A DNA stretch of 64,000 nucleotides from Candidatus Binatia bacterium (GTDB lineage: Bacteria > Desulfobacterota > Binatia > DP-6). Position 1 is the first letter of the stretch. Each line of letters begins with the position of its first letter. Positions 1 through 11,679 of this stretch are shown in pieces. The position numbers were made by a program, and so were the translations under genes. The notes under the pieces were generated by a model that did no database searches, had not been told where the DNA came from, and was given only the letters and a program-made list of their open reading frames with translations. The stretch covers positions 497,463-561,462 of the forward strand of contig JAXLXP010000004.1 in the NCBI GenBank assembly GCA_046327955.1, written 5' to 3'.

Positions 1-1
1 C

Positions 2-445
2 ATGATCGGCATCGGCCCGGTGATCCGCAAGATGGAGGTCGCCAGCCTGACGCGCACGCTCGGGACGCTCCTCAAGAGCGGTGTGCCCATGCTGCAGGCG
101 CTCGGTACCGTCAAGGAGATCGCGCGCAACCAGGTGATCGTGCGCGCGATCGCCGAGGTCGAGGTCGGTGCGCGCGAGGGCGCCGGCGTCGCCGAGCCGC
201 TGGCCCGCTCGGGCGTGTTCCCGACGCTCGCCGTCCAGATGATCTCGGTCGGCGAGGAGACGGGCCGCCTCGACGAGATGCTCATCCGGATCGCGGACCA
301 CTTCGACCGCGACGTCCGCATCACGATCGCGCAGTTCACCCGGCTCCTCGAACCCGTGATGCTGGTGGTGATGGGCGTCGCAGTCGGTTTCGTCGTCATG
401 TCGATGCTCTCCGCCATCTTCAGCGTCAACGATCTGCCCACCTAG
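2..445 (+). CDS. gspF: Type II secretion system inner-membrane platform protein GspF, C-terminal part (5' end outside window)
   Basis: Translation matches the C-terminal repeat of the GspF/PilC family (GSP_F domain, terminal TM helix). It lies immediately upstream of gspG and ends at TAG 443-445. Confidence 0.8.
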   Translation: MIGIGPVIRKMEVASLTRTLGTLLKSGVPMLQALGTVKEIARNQVIVRAIAEVEVGAREGAGVAEPLARSGVFPTLAVQMISVGEETGRLDEMLIRIADHFDRDVRITIAQFTRLLEPVMLVVMGVAVGFVVMSMLSAIFSVNDLPT

Positions 446-457
446 GAGGATCATTCC

Positions 458-895
458 GTGAGCAACGCACGACGCCGGCGCGACGCTGGCTTCACGCTGA
501 TCGAAATCATGGTCGTGATGGTCATCATCGGGATGCTGATGGCCGTCATCGCGCCCAACTTCATCCGTCGGGTGGGGAAGTCGCAGACGCAGGCGGCGCG
601 CATCCAGATCGAGGCGCTCGGGACGGCCCTCGACTCGTTCCGCCTCGACATCGGTCGCTACCCGTCGAGCCAGGAGGGCCTGCCGGCGCTCGTGCAGCGG
701 CCGTTCGGCCTCGACCGCTGGGACGGCCCGTACCTCAAGAAGAACACGGTCCCGCCCGACCCGTGGAACCGGGCGTACTTCTACCGCAGCCCCGGCGAGG
801 GCGGGCGCCCCTACGACCTCTACTCCCTTGGCGCCGACGGTGCGCCGGGCGGCGAGTCCGACAACCGCGACGTTCTCTCCTGGGAGTCCGAGTAG
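458..895 (+). CDS. gspG: Type II secretion major pseudopilin GspG
   Basis: GTG start with an AGGAGGA ribosome-binding site 8 nt upstream. N-terminal prepilin motif GFTLIEIMVVMVIIG and a conserved GspG core (RYPSSQEGL, PDPWNRAYFYRSPG). Confidence 0.85.
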   Translation: MSNARRRRDAGFTLIEIMVVMVIIGMLMAVIAPNFIRRVGKSQTQAARIQIEALGTALDSFRLDIGRYPSSQEGLPALVQRPFGLDRWDGPYLKKNTVPPDPWNRAYFYRSPGEGGRPYDLYSLGADGAPGGESDNRDVLSWESE

Positions 896-900
896 GGCCG

Positions 901-1365
901 ATGTGCCGCCGCGGCGGACACGGGTTCACGCTCGTCGAGATGGTGATCGTCCTGGTCATCATCGCGGTGGGCACCGGAATCGTGATCCCGATGGTGGACG
1001 CGGGGATCAACGCCCGCGAGGTGCGCCGTGCGGCGCGGCAGCTCGCGTCCTCCTTCCATCACTGCCGCAACGAGGCCGTCGCGCGCGGCAGCGTGCAGGT
1101 GGTCGGCATCGACCCGCTGCGCAACACGGTGTTCCTCGGCGACCGCAACCGCTGGGCGGCCCTCGGCGAGCGGGCGGTCATCGAACGCGCGGAGGGCGAC
1201 GCGCCGGCGGTCGGTGGCGTGGTGCGGGTGCTCTGCTTCCCGAACGGAAGCACGAGCGGCGCCGACATCCAGCTCGCCAGCCGGGCGGACCGCAGTCGCG
1301 ACCGGCTGCGTCTCCGGCTCGACCCGTTGCTCGGGCGGGTCGATGTCCTGGACGCGCGCGGATGA
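901..1365 (+). CDS. gspH: Minor pseudopilin, GspH-like
   Basis: Internal ATG of ORF 763-1365. N-terminal prepilin motif GFTLVEMVIVLVII. The position after gspG fits gspH. Confidence 0.55.
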   Translation: MCRRGGHGFTLVEMVIVLVIIAVGTGIVIPMVDAGINAREVRRAARQLASSFHHCRNEAVARGSVQVVGIDPLRNTVFLGDRNRWAALGERAVIERAEGDAPAVGGVVRVLCFPNGSTSGADIQLASRADRSRDRLRLRLDPLLGRVDVLDARG

Positions 1366-1763
1366 CGCGAGGGCGGTCGGGGTTCACGCTGCTCGAGATC
1401 GCAGTGGCGCTCGCCATCCTCGGGATGGGCGTGGTCTCGGTCCTGCAGATCTTCGGTAGCAGCTTGCGTCTCGAGGAGCGGGCGTCGCGGGAGACACGCG
1501 CCGTGCTCGCCGCGCGCGCCGCGATGGACGCCCTGCTCGTGGCGCGCGACCTCACCGATCACTCCGAGGAGCGCACGTCCTCCGAGGGGTACCGGACCCG
1601 CATCCTCGTTCGCCACGCTGGGCCCACGGAAGGCGTCGACCCGAACGATTCCGACTTCTCCGACGTGGGCCTGCGCGTCCTGGAGGTGGAGGTCGCCTGG
1701 CAGGACGGACGGGGCAGCAAGACCTACTCGTTGCGCAGCATGCGAACGGCGCTGGAAGAATGA
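1362..1763 (+). CDS. gspI: Minor pseudopilin, GspI-like
   Basis: ATG overlaps the upstream stop (ATGA). N-terminal motif GFTLLEIAVALAILG. Small size is typical of GspI. Confidence 0.55.
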   Translation: MTRGRSGFTLLEIAVALAILGMGVVSVLQIFGSSLRLEERASRETRAVLAARAAMDALLVARDLTDHSEERTSSEGYRTRILVRHAGPTEGVDPNDSDFSDVGLRVLEVEVAWQDGRGSKTYSLRSMRTALEE

Positions 1764-2500
1764 GCAGACGTCGCGCCGCTGCGCCCGGCTTTACGCTGCT
1801 CGAGGTCGTGCTGGCGATGACGTCGCTCGCGCTCGTCGCCGGTATCTGCTACGGCGCGTTCCATCTGGGTCTGCGGGCGGTGCAGAAGGGGGAGGTCGCG
1901 GTAGTGGTCTCGCAGCGGCTGCGAGTGGCCAGCGACGTGCTGATCCGGCAGATCAAGTCCGCCGTGCCGTATCCGGCGCGAAACCGCGACGAGGACGTCT
2001 ATCCGTTCTTCATGGGCACCGCGACGTCCATGACGTTCGTCACCACGGCGGGCCTCCAGCAGGGGACCGGGCTCACGCGCGTGATGTACCGCCTCGCCGA
2101 AGACCCGCCGCGCCTCGTCCTCGAGGAGAGCGGCGGCTTCACCAACGACAGCCTCGGCCGGGACTCGCTCGACCGTCCGGGCGACCGGTCCACGGTCCTG
2201 CTCGACGGTTTCCGCGCGTTGCGCTTCGAGTACATCGGCAACGACGGCGGCGACGTCGAGGAGGCGAAGCGTTGGGACGGCCGCGAGCGGGAGATGCTGC
2301 CCGCGGCGGTGCGCATCGTGGTGGACGGCATGCCGGGGCTCGAGACCGAGGCCTGGGGGCAGGAGATCCCGCTCATGGTCACCACCGTGGGTGAGGAGAT
2401 GGGGTCGGTCGACGACGAGGATCTTCCGGCGGTGGCCGAGGAGGGTGAGGACAGCGGCGACGAGAGCGGTCGGTCCGACCCCGAAGGAGAGGGCGAGTAG
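1760..2500 (+). CDS. gspJ: Minor pseudopilin, GspJ-like
   Basis: ATGA overlap with the upstream gene. N-terminal GFTLLEVVLAMTSLAL prepilin-like helix. Gene order fits. Confidence 0.55.
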   Translation: MSRRRAAAPGFTLLEVVLAMTSLALVAGICYGAFHLGLRAVQKGEVAVVVSQRLRVASDVLIRQIKSAVPYPARNRDEDVYPFFMGTATSMTFVTTAGLQQGTGLTRVMYRLAEDPPRLVLEESGGFTNDSLGRDSLDRPGDRSTVLLDGFRALRFEYIGNDGGDVEEAKRWDGREREMLPAAVRIVVDGMPGLETEAWGQEIPLMVTTVGEEMGSVDDEDLPAVAEEGEDSGDESGRSDPEGEGE

Positions 2501-3609
2501 TGCGTCTCCACCCCCGTCGGCGCCGGCAGCGCGGCGTCGCCCTGCTCCTCGTGCTGTGGGTCTTCATGATCCTCGGCGTGCTGGCGCTCGACTTCGGGCA
2601 GTACATGCGCGACGACGCGAACGCCGCACTCAACCTCTCGCAGGAGACGACCGGGTACTACATCGCCGTGGCCGGGATGTACCGGGCGCTGTGGCTGGCG
2701 CAGCAGGAGCACGGCGACGAGGTGGCGGGATCCGGCCGCCAGGAGAAGCAGGCGTCCGGCGCGACGCAGTCGGGCGGCAAGACGAAGGGCAAGTCCCTCC
2801 GTGACCACGAGCTCTCGGGCGAGCCCGTCCCGGTCGACGGCGAGTGGCACGCCGGCGAATTCGGCGGCGGCCGGTACGAGGTTCGGCTCACCGACCAGGG
2901 CGGGCTCGTGTCGCTGAACAAGGCCAACGAGGCGTTGCTCACGCGGCTGATCACCGGGCTCGTGCTCGGCCCGACGGCGGCCGTCCAGGGCGAGAACAAG
3001 CGCAGCGCCGACGCGGTCGCGAGCCTCGTCGACACGATCCTCGACTACCGCGACGCCGACCATCTCAAACGCCTGCACGGGGCGGAGGACGAGCGCGGCT
3101 ACCGCGCGAAGAACGCGCCGTTCGACTCGGTGGAAGAGCTGCTGCGGTTGCCGGGGGTCACCCCGGAGCTGGTGTTCGGCGGCGACGGCATCCCGGGCTT
3201 GCGCGACCTCGTGTCGGTGTACAGCCGCACGGACAAGATCAACGTGCGAACCGCGCCCCTGCCGCTGCTCGCCGTGCTGCTGGGAAAAGATGCGGCCGGG
3301 GTGGAGGCGTTGGCGACCGACCGGGAGGCGGACCTCGAGGCGTTCGTGGCGCGGGTCCTCGGCGAGGCGCAGACGATTCCGGGCCTTTCCGAGACGTTGG
3401 TCGCGGACCGCACCGATCTCGGCAACATGACGGTGCTGGTGGAGGCCCGGGCCGACGTCGCGCGCGACCGCAACCGCGCGTCGGTGGCGGCGGTCGTCGA
3501 CATCGGCGGCGACCGGATCGAGGGGCCGAAGATCCGCTACTGGTTCGATCGCGCGCCATGGGGCGGCGTCCTGCCCTCGGTCCCGGGTGCGGAGGGCGTG
3601 CCCGGGTGA
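2500..3609 (+). CDS. gspK: Minor pseudopilin GspK-like (large cap pseudopilin)
   Basis: GTG start overlapping the upstream TAG. N-terminal hydrophobic helix. Helix-hairpin-helix-like segment VEELLRLPGVTPELV typical of GspK. Size 369 aa. Confidence 0.6.
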   Translation: MRLHPRRRRQRGVALLLVLWVFMILGVLALDFGQYMRDDANAALNLSQETTGYYIAVAGMYRALWLAQQEHGDEVAGSGRQEKQASGATQSGGKTKGKSLRDHELSGEPVPVDGEWHAGEFGGGRYEVRLTDQGGLVSLNKANEALLTRLITGLVLGPTAAVQGENKRSADAVASLVDTILDYRDADHLKRLHGAEDERGYRAKNAPFDSVEELLRLPGVTPELVFGGDGIPGLRDLVSVYSRTDKINVRTAPLPLLAVLLGKDAAGVEALATDREADLEAFVARVLGEAQTIPGLSETLVADRTDLGNMTVLVEARADVARDRNRASVAAVVDIGGDRIEGPKIRYWFDRAPWGGVLPSVPGAEGVPG

Positions 3610-5009
3610 CGTTCGCGGAGTGGTCGCAGCGGCTCGGTCGCGCCGACTTCCTCGACGGGGTCGGCATCTACGTCGAGCGGAACCAGGTGGCGCTGGCGCA
3701 CGTGGTCAAGCGCTTCTTCCAGGTGCGCCTTCGCCACACGGTGGTTCGCCCGCTCCCCGGGCCCGATCACCCGGCGGAGCGCCGCCAGGCGTTGGCGGAG
3801 GCGGTGGCGGCCTTCACGCGCGAGCACCGCGTCGACGCCGTCCGCACGAGCCTCTGTCTCCCGCGTGCGCTCGCGGCCGTGAACCGCGTGCTCCTGCCCG
3901 CCGCGGCGAAGGAGAACCTGGCGCAGGTGCTCGAGTACGAGATCGACCATCTGCTGCCGCTCGCGCGCGACAAGGTGAACCTCGACTGGTCGGTGCGCGA
4001 GATCGGCGGCGAGCGGCTCGAGGTCCTGCTGACGGCCCTGCCGAGCGACGTCGTGCGGGCGCACCTCGAGGCGCTCGAGGATGCCTTCGTGCGGCCGCGC
4101 AGCATCGTGCTCGCGTCGACCGCGCTCGCCGATCTGGTCGCGTTCTGCCGCGGCGACGGCGAGCGTCCGATGGGGCTCGTGCTCGAGGGCGCCGGGGGCA
4201 CCGAGGTGGCCGTGGTGAAGGGCGGCCGGCTGGTCGCGAGCCAGCTCCTGCCCTCGGGATGCGCGGGCCAGCCGGCCGCCGTCGGGCGGGCGCTCACGCG
4301 CGTGGTCTCGGATGCGGGGCTGGCCGGCGAGGAGCTGCCCTTCTATCACTGGCCCGCGGCGAACGGCGCGGCGGCGCCGGGTGCGGCGGACGACGACCTG
4401 ATGGCGCTGGCGCGGGGGCGGCTCGAGGCACCCCCGGAGTTCTTCGCGACCGCGGAGCCCGCATTGCTGCCGGCCGTCGGCGCGGCGCTGGGCGCGGTGC
4501 GCGAGGGGACGGTCGCGATCAATCTCCTGCCCGAGGAGGGGCGCCGCCTCGGTGACCAGGGCCTCTCGCTCGCGACGGTCGTGCTGACGGCGGTCGTGGT
4601 GCTGCTCGCGGTCGTGTGGGGCGCGAGCGCGCTGGTCAAGGACGCGATGCTCCGGCGCCAGGTGACGGAGCAGCTCGCGCAGATCGATCCGCAGGTGCGC
4701 GAGGTGCGGGCGATCGAAGACCAGATCGAATCGATGCAGAAGCAGATCGATATCCTCACCGGGAACCAGGACGAGCGCGTGATCGTCCTCCTGAAGGAGG
4801 TGACCGATCTCGTCCCGGCGGACGCGTACCTGACGAGCCTCAACCTGCGAAACGGCCGTATGACGATCGACGGCCAGGCGCGCTCGGCCTCGGAACTGAT
4901 TACCGCGCTCGAGAAGTCCAAGCACTTCCGGAACGTGAGCTTCACGTCGCCCACGACCCGCGTGGGCGACAAAGAGCGGTTCACGATCGTCGCGGAGGTC
5001 GCGCGATGA
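3606..5009 (+). CDS. gspL: GspL-like assembly protein (cytoplasmic actin-like PilM-type domain, TM segment, PilN-like periplasmic domain)
   Basis: GTG at 3606 overlaps the gspK stop (GTGA). Single TM helix (LATVVLTAVVVLLAVVW) followed by a coiled-coil and ferredoxin-like domain. Position between gspK and gspM. Confidence 0.5.
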   Translation: MTFAEWSQRLGRADFLDGVGIYVERNQVALAHVVKRFFQVRLRHTVVRPLPGPDHPAERRQALAEAVAAFTREHRVDAVRTSLCLPRALAAVNRVLLPAAAKENLAQVLEYEIDHLLPLARDKVNLDWSVREIGGERLEVLLTALPSDVVRAHLEALEDAFVRPRSIVLASTALADLVAFCRGDGERPMGLVLEGAGGTEVAVVKGGRLVASQLLPSGCAGQPAAVGRALTRVVSDAGLAGEELPFYHWPAANGAAAPGAADDDLMALARGRLEAPPEFFATAEPALLPAVGAALGAVREGTVAINLLPEEGRRLGDQGLSLATVVLTAVVVLLAVVWGASALVKDAMLRRQVTEQLAQIDPQVREVRAIEDQIESMQKQIDILTGNQDERVIVLLKEVTDLVPADAYLTSLNLRNGRMTIDGQARSASELITALEKSKHFRNVSFTSPTTRVGDKERFTIVAEVAR

Positions 5010-5839
5010 CCCAGCTCCGCGACCTCTGGCAGCGCGCGCGGCAATGGTACGTCGGGCGTCCCCTGCGCGAGCAGCGGCTCGTGATCGCGATGGCCGTGGT
5101 GGGGGTGATCTTCGCGCTCGACTTCCTGGTGGTCGAGCCGATCCGCGCCTATCGTGCCGAAGTCGCGGAAGAGGTCGAGGCGGGCCTGCAGAAGCTCGAG
5201 CACGACGCGCGCAAGGTGGGCCACCTCGACGAGATCAAGACGCGACGGGACCAGTTGCGCAAGCAGCTCGAGCAGGCCAAGACGCGGCTCCTTCCCGGAG
5301 ACACCGGGACCCTCGGTGCCGCCGCCCTTCAGGACAAGACCAATGCCGTCGCCGCGGAGAAGAGCGTCACCGTGCAGAGCACGCAGGTGATGAAGGACGA
5401 GCCCGCCGAGCCGTTTCGCAAGGTCGCGGTGCGGCTCACGCTCTCGGCCGAGCCCAAGCCGTTCGCGGAGTTCCTCTCGGCGGTCGAATTCGGCCAGCAG
5501 CTCAACGTGCCGTTCGTCGAGATCAGCCGCCGGGGCGCAGTGCCGGGCCAGAAGGGGCCGCGGACGATGCAGATATCGGTCGAGGTCTCGGGCTTCGTCC
5601 TCGAGAGCCGCAAGGCGAAGGAGAACAAGGAGACCGAGGAGAAGTCGGGCGAGGCGGACGCTGCGGGCGTCGAGGCGGCGGGCGAGCCCGGCGCGGCAGC
5701 CGAGCCGACGGGCGCGCCGGACGAGGCCGCGCCCACGACGACGACCTCGACCGCGGCGGACGCGGCTGCGCCGCCGGCCCTTCCCACGTCGAGCACGGTT
5801 CCCGTACCGCCGCCCTCGACCCCGGAGGAAGCCCACTGA
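5006..5839 (+). CDS. gspM: GspM/PilO-like protein with long Ala/Pro/Thr-rich acidic C-terminal tail
   Basis: ATG overlaps the gspL stop (ATGA). N-terminal TM helix, coiled-coil, then PilO-like fold. C-terminus is low complexity (EAAGEPGAAAEPTGAPDEAAPTTTTS...). Confidence 0.5.
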   Translation: MTQLRDLWQRARQWYVGRPLREQRLVIAMAVVGVIFALDFLVVEPIRAYRAEVAEEVEAGLQKLEHDARKVGHLDEIKTRRDQLRKQLEQAKTRLLPGDTGTLGAAALQDKTNAVAAEKSVTVQSTQVMKDEPAEPFRKVAVRLTLSAEPKPFAEFLSAVEFGQQLNVPFVEISRRGAVPGQKGPRTMQISVEVSGFVLESRKAKENKETEEKSGEADAAGVEAAGEPGAAAEPTGAPDEAAPTTTTSTAADAAAPPALPTSSTVPVPPPSTPEEAH

Positions 5840-6656
5840 TGGGGCGCTGGGCGATCATCAACGGCCTCCTCGGGCTGCTGGTGGTGGGGCTCGGGTTCGG
5901 GCTCGCCAGCACGTGGACGCGGCAGCTTCCCCCGGTGGAGGTCGTCGAGCATCCCGCCGAGGCGGCGCCTGCCGCGACGCCGGGGAAGGGTGGTGGCAAG
6001 GGCAAGCGCGGCGGGCCGGACAAAGGCGGTCCCCGCGGCGATCCCCCGCCGGCCGTCCTGGTCAACACGATCGTCGACAAGGATCTGTTCGACGTGAGCC
6101 GTACCAAGCCGACCGAGGAGGCGAAGGCGGCACCGCCGGTGCCGAAGGAGACCGGTCCCCCGAGCGGCGTGACGATCGTCGGCGTGCAGATCCTCGGGCG
6201 GAACCGCGAGGCCTTCGTCAACGACGCGAGCGCGCCGCCGGGATCCCAGCAGCGTCGCCTCCACGTCGGGGATCAGATATCCGGCTACACGGTGAAGGGC
6301 ATCGACGTGGACGGCGTGGAGCTGACGTCGCCGTCGGGTGACGCGGTGACGATGGCGCTGTCGATCGAGAAGAAGGGGGCTACGGCTGCGGCGGGAAGCC
6401 TCCCGTGCCGCCGGTGGCGGGGCGACCGGGACAACCGGGTCAGCCACCGAGCTCGCCGGCGGCCGGAGTCGGTGCGGCGACCTCACCGGCCGCGGGCGTG
6501 GGCGCCAAGCCGGTGGCGCCCCCGGTGCCGCCGGCGATGCCGCCACGGCCCGGGCAACCGGGCGCCGCGCCACCGATGCCGGGGCAGGCGCAGCCCGGCG
6601 TCCCGCCGGCGGGCTCCACGGATCGACCGAAGGGACGCCTGGGGCGCGGCCGGTGA
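5839..6656 (+). CDS. gspC: GspC/PilP-like secretin-interacting protein with Pro/Gly-rich C-terminal tail; apparent -1 frameshift near 6400
   Basis: ATG at 5839 overlaps the gspM TGA. TM helix plus beta-rich domain (TIVGVQILGRNREAFVND...GDQISGYTVKGIDVDGVELTSPSG) resembling the GspC HR/PilP fold. After ...SIEKKGATAAAGSLP the sensible reading (PVPPVAGRPGQPGQP...GRGR stop at 6656) is in the -1 frame. Confidence 0.45.
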
Positions 6657-6681
6657 CGGGGTCACGAAGGAGGAGCGTGCA

Positions 6682-9099
6682 GTGAAGGGGCGATGGATGC
6701 TGATGCTCGTGGTTGCGGGCCTGGCGCTGCTGGCCGCGGTTGCCCCCGGGCGGGCCGAGGAGCCGGCACCGGCTGCGCCGCCGGCGGGAGGGGAGCGGGC
6801 GCTCGGCGAGGAGGACGCGATGGTCCTCAACTTCGAGCGCGCCGAGATCCGCGAGGTGATCCACAGCCTGGCCACCGCGCTCGGGCTGTCCTACACGATC
6901 GACCCGCGCATCGAGGGGCAGGTGACGATCCGCACGACCGGCCGGATCGCGCGCGCCGACCTCTTCCCGCTCTTCAACCAGATCCTGCGCAACAACGGCA
7001 TCGCGGCCGTCAAGGTCGGCGACATCTACCAGATCCTGCCCGTCTCCGAGGCCAAGACCCGGGCCATCGTCCCGGCGGGCGTCGCGCGCCAGGGGCTGCG
7101 CGAGAACGACAACTTCGTGATCGAGATCGTGTCGCTCCAGCACGTCTCGGCCGACGAGATGTCGAACATCCTGCAGCCGTTCCTCACGCCGGGCGGCGAC
7201 GTGCTGTCCTACCCGCGCGCGAACGTGCTCGTGCTCACGGACCTCAACTCCAACATCGCGCGGCTGCGTGAGCTCGCTGCGACGTTCGACACCGATGCCT
7301 TCAAGAGCCTCCACGCGCGTGTCTTCAAGATGAAGCACGGCGACCCGGAGGAGCTGGCGAACGAGCTGCTCGGCCTGCTCGCACCCTACGGCATCACGGC
7401 GACGGGCGAGGGCGAGGGCGGCATGTACCTGGTGCCGCTCACGCGGCTCAACGCGATCGTGGTCATCAGCTACGACCGGACGCTGTTCACCGAGGTCGAG
7501 AACTGGCTGAAGGTCCTCGACATCCCGCCCGACGAGGAGTCGGGGCGACAGACGGCCGTCTACAACGTCGAGAACGCCAAGGCGGCCGACCTGGCGGCGG
7601 TGCTGAACGAGCTGTTCGGCGGCGGCGGGGGCGGTGGCGGCGGCGGGCTCGGCACGCCGAGCGGGACGCCTGCCGGCGTCGGACTGTTCGGTTCGGTCGG
7701 CGGCGGGCGCGCGGGCTCGCGCCCCGGCGCCACCGGCGGCGCGCGGCGGACGGGCGCCGGCTTCGGCGCGGGCGGGGCCGCGGGGACGGGCGGCCAGAAC
7801 CCCGGCTTCGGTGCGGCGGCAGGGCAGGCGGGCAGCATGGGCGGCGGCAGCCTCGGGCGCGGCTCGGGGGGCCGGCTCGGTGGGGCGCGCGGAGGTGGCG
7901 GCTTCGGTGGTGGCGCTGCCGGCGCGGCGGGCGGGCTCGGGGGGGTCGGTGGGGCACCGGGTGGGGGCGGGGCCGCTGGTGGCGGCGCCGCGGTCGGGGT
8001 CTCCCTGCCGGGTGGCGCCGCCGGCGGCGTGGGCTCTCCGGGCGGTCCGCCGCCGATCTTCAAGCAGGAGGTGCGCATCGTCGCCGACGAGGTGACGAAC
8101 TCGCTCGTCATCCTCGCGACCAAGCGCGACTACAACCTGATCCTCGACGTCGTCCGCAAGATCGACGTCGTGCCGCGCCAGGTGCTGCTCGAGGTGACGA
8201 TCGCCGAGGTGGTCCTCGGCAAGGACCTCGAGTTCGGCGTCGCGTGGGCGGCCGCCGAGGGCAAGCTCTCCGGCAGCTCGCTCGCCGCGGGAGCGACGCC
8301 GGCGCCGATCTTCAACAACCTGGGGCGCAACGTGGGCGGGATGGTCGGCACGGCGACGCGCGTGCCGTCGACCGGGGCGTTCGCGATCCTCACCGACCAG
8401 AACAACTTCCAGGTGTTCGTCAACGCGCTGCAGTCGAAGACCAGCGTCAAGATGCTGTCGGCGCCGCACATCATCGCGGCCGACAACCGCGAGGCGCACA
8501 TCCTCGTCGGGCAGTCGATCCCGATCCTCACCTCGACGGCGAGCAACGTCCTCACCAGTGGGAACGCCGCGACGGTCAACTCCGTGCAGTACCGCGACAC
8601 GGGCAAGATCCTCACCGTCCTGCCGCAGGTGAACTCGAAGGGACTCGTGAACATGCAGATCCGCCAGGAGGTCAGTGCCGTGGCGCGCACCGCCGGCGGG
8701 GCGGCCGTGACGTCGTTCGGCAGCACGGGATCGCCGGCGTTCACGACCCGCGAGGCGGAGACGACGTTGGTCGCGCAGGACGGCGAGACCATCGTCATCG
8801 GCGGCATCATCGACGACTCGATCTCCCACGAACGGACGGGCCTTCCCTTTCTCATGGACGTGCCGTTTCTCGGCGTGATGTTCCGTTCCGAAAAGAACAC
8901 GGTGGAGCGCACGGAGCTGCTCGTGGCGATCACGCCCTACGTGATCCGCAACCGCGAGGAGTCCCAGGACGTGACCGAGGGGCTCGCGTCGCGGATCGTG
9001 GGATTCAAGCAGATGCAGCGGGCTCTGCGGCCCAAGATTCCGCGGTTGGGCGCCGGGGCCGCGGGTGGGACCGCCCCGCCGCCGCCCGCGGTGCCATGA
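6682..9099 (+). CDS. gspD: Type II secretion system secretin GspD with large Gly-rich insertion
   Basis: GTG at 6682 with GAAGGAGGAG 8 nt upstream. Signal peptide MLMLVVAGLALLAAVAPGRA. N0/N1 domains, then secretin domain (VLLEVTIAEV..., IVIGGIIDD..., FLGVMFRSEK). About 145 aa of Gly-rich low complexity between the N-domains and the secretin core. Confidence 0.85.
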   Translation: MKGRWMLMLVVAGLALLAAVAPGRAEEPAPAAPPAGGERALGEEDAMVLNFERAEIREVIHSLATALGLSYTIDPRIEGQVTIRTTGRIARADLFPLFNQILRNNGIAAVKVGDIYQILPVSEAKTRAIVPAGVARQGLRENDNFVIEIVSLQHVSADEMSNILQPFLTPGGDVLSYPRANVLVLTDLNSNIARLRELAATFDTDAFKSLHARVFKMKHGDPEELANELLGLLAPYGITATGEGEGGMYLVPLTRLNAIVVISYDRTLFTEVENWLKVLDIPPDEESGRQTAVYNVENAKAADLAAVLNELFGGGGGGGGGGLGTPSGTPAGVGLFGSVGGGRAGSRPGATGGARRTGAGFGAGGAAGTGGQNPGFGAAAGQAGSMGGGSLGRGSGGRLGGARGGGGFGGGAAGAAGGLGGVGGAPGGGGAAGGGAAVGVSLPGGAAGGVGSPGGPPPIFKQEVRIVADEVTNSLVILATKRDYNLILDVVRKIDVVPRQVLLEVTIAEVVLGKDLEFGVAWAAAEGKLSGSSLAAGATPAPIFNNLGRNVGGMVGTATRVPSTGAFAILTDQNNFQVFVNALQSKTSVKMLSAPHIIAADNREAHILVGQSIPILTSTASNVLTSGNAATVNSVQYRDTGKILTVLPQVNSKGLVNMQIRQEVSAVARTAGGAAVTSFGSTGSPAFTTREAETTLVAQDGETIVIGGIIDDSISHERTGLPFLMDVPFLGVMFRSEKNTVERTELLVAITPYVIRNREESQDVTEGLASRIVGFKQMQRALRPKIPRLGAGAAGGTAPPPPAVP
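7618..8050 (+). repeat. Gly/Ala-rich low-complexity coding tract inside gspD (GGC/GGG codon runs)
   Basis: Read directly: LFGGGGGGGGGGLGTPSG...GGVGGAPGGGGAAGGGAAVGVSLPGGAAGGVGSPGGPPP. Confidence 0.7.
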
Positions 9100-9186
9100 G
9101 GGCCGCCGCGGCCGGTGGCCTGCTGCTCGCCCCCTTGCAGTCGGGCCGTTCCTCACGGTAGGTAACCGGGATTTTGCTTCCCGGCC

Positions 9187-11664
<2,478 letters not shown>

Positions 11665-11679
11665 TCGGCGGTGCCGGCG

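Noticed and set aside
5044-9099. Single 1351-aa plus-strand ORF joining the end of gspM, the GspC-like gene and gspD
   Set aside because: The upstream part is out of frame with gspM. The GspC-like gene ends by frameshift. gspD has its own ribosome-binding site, GTG and signal peptide at 6682. The continuous ORF is a GC artefact.
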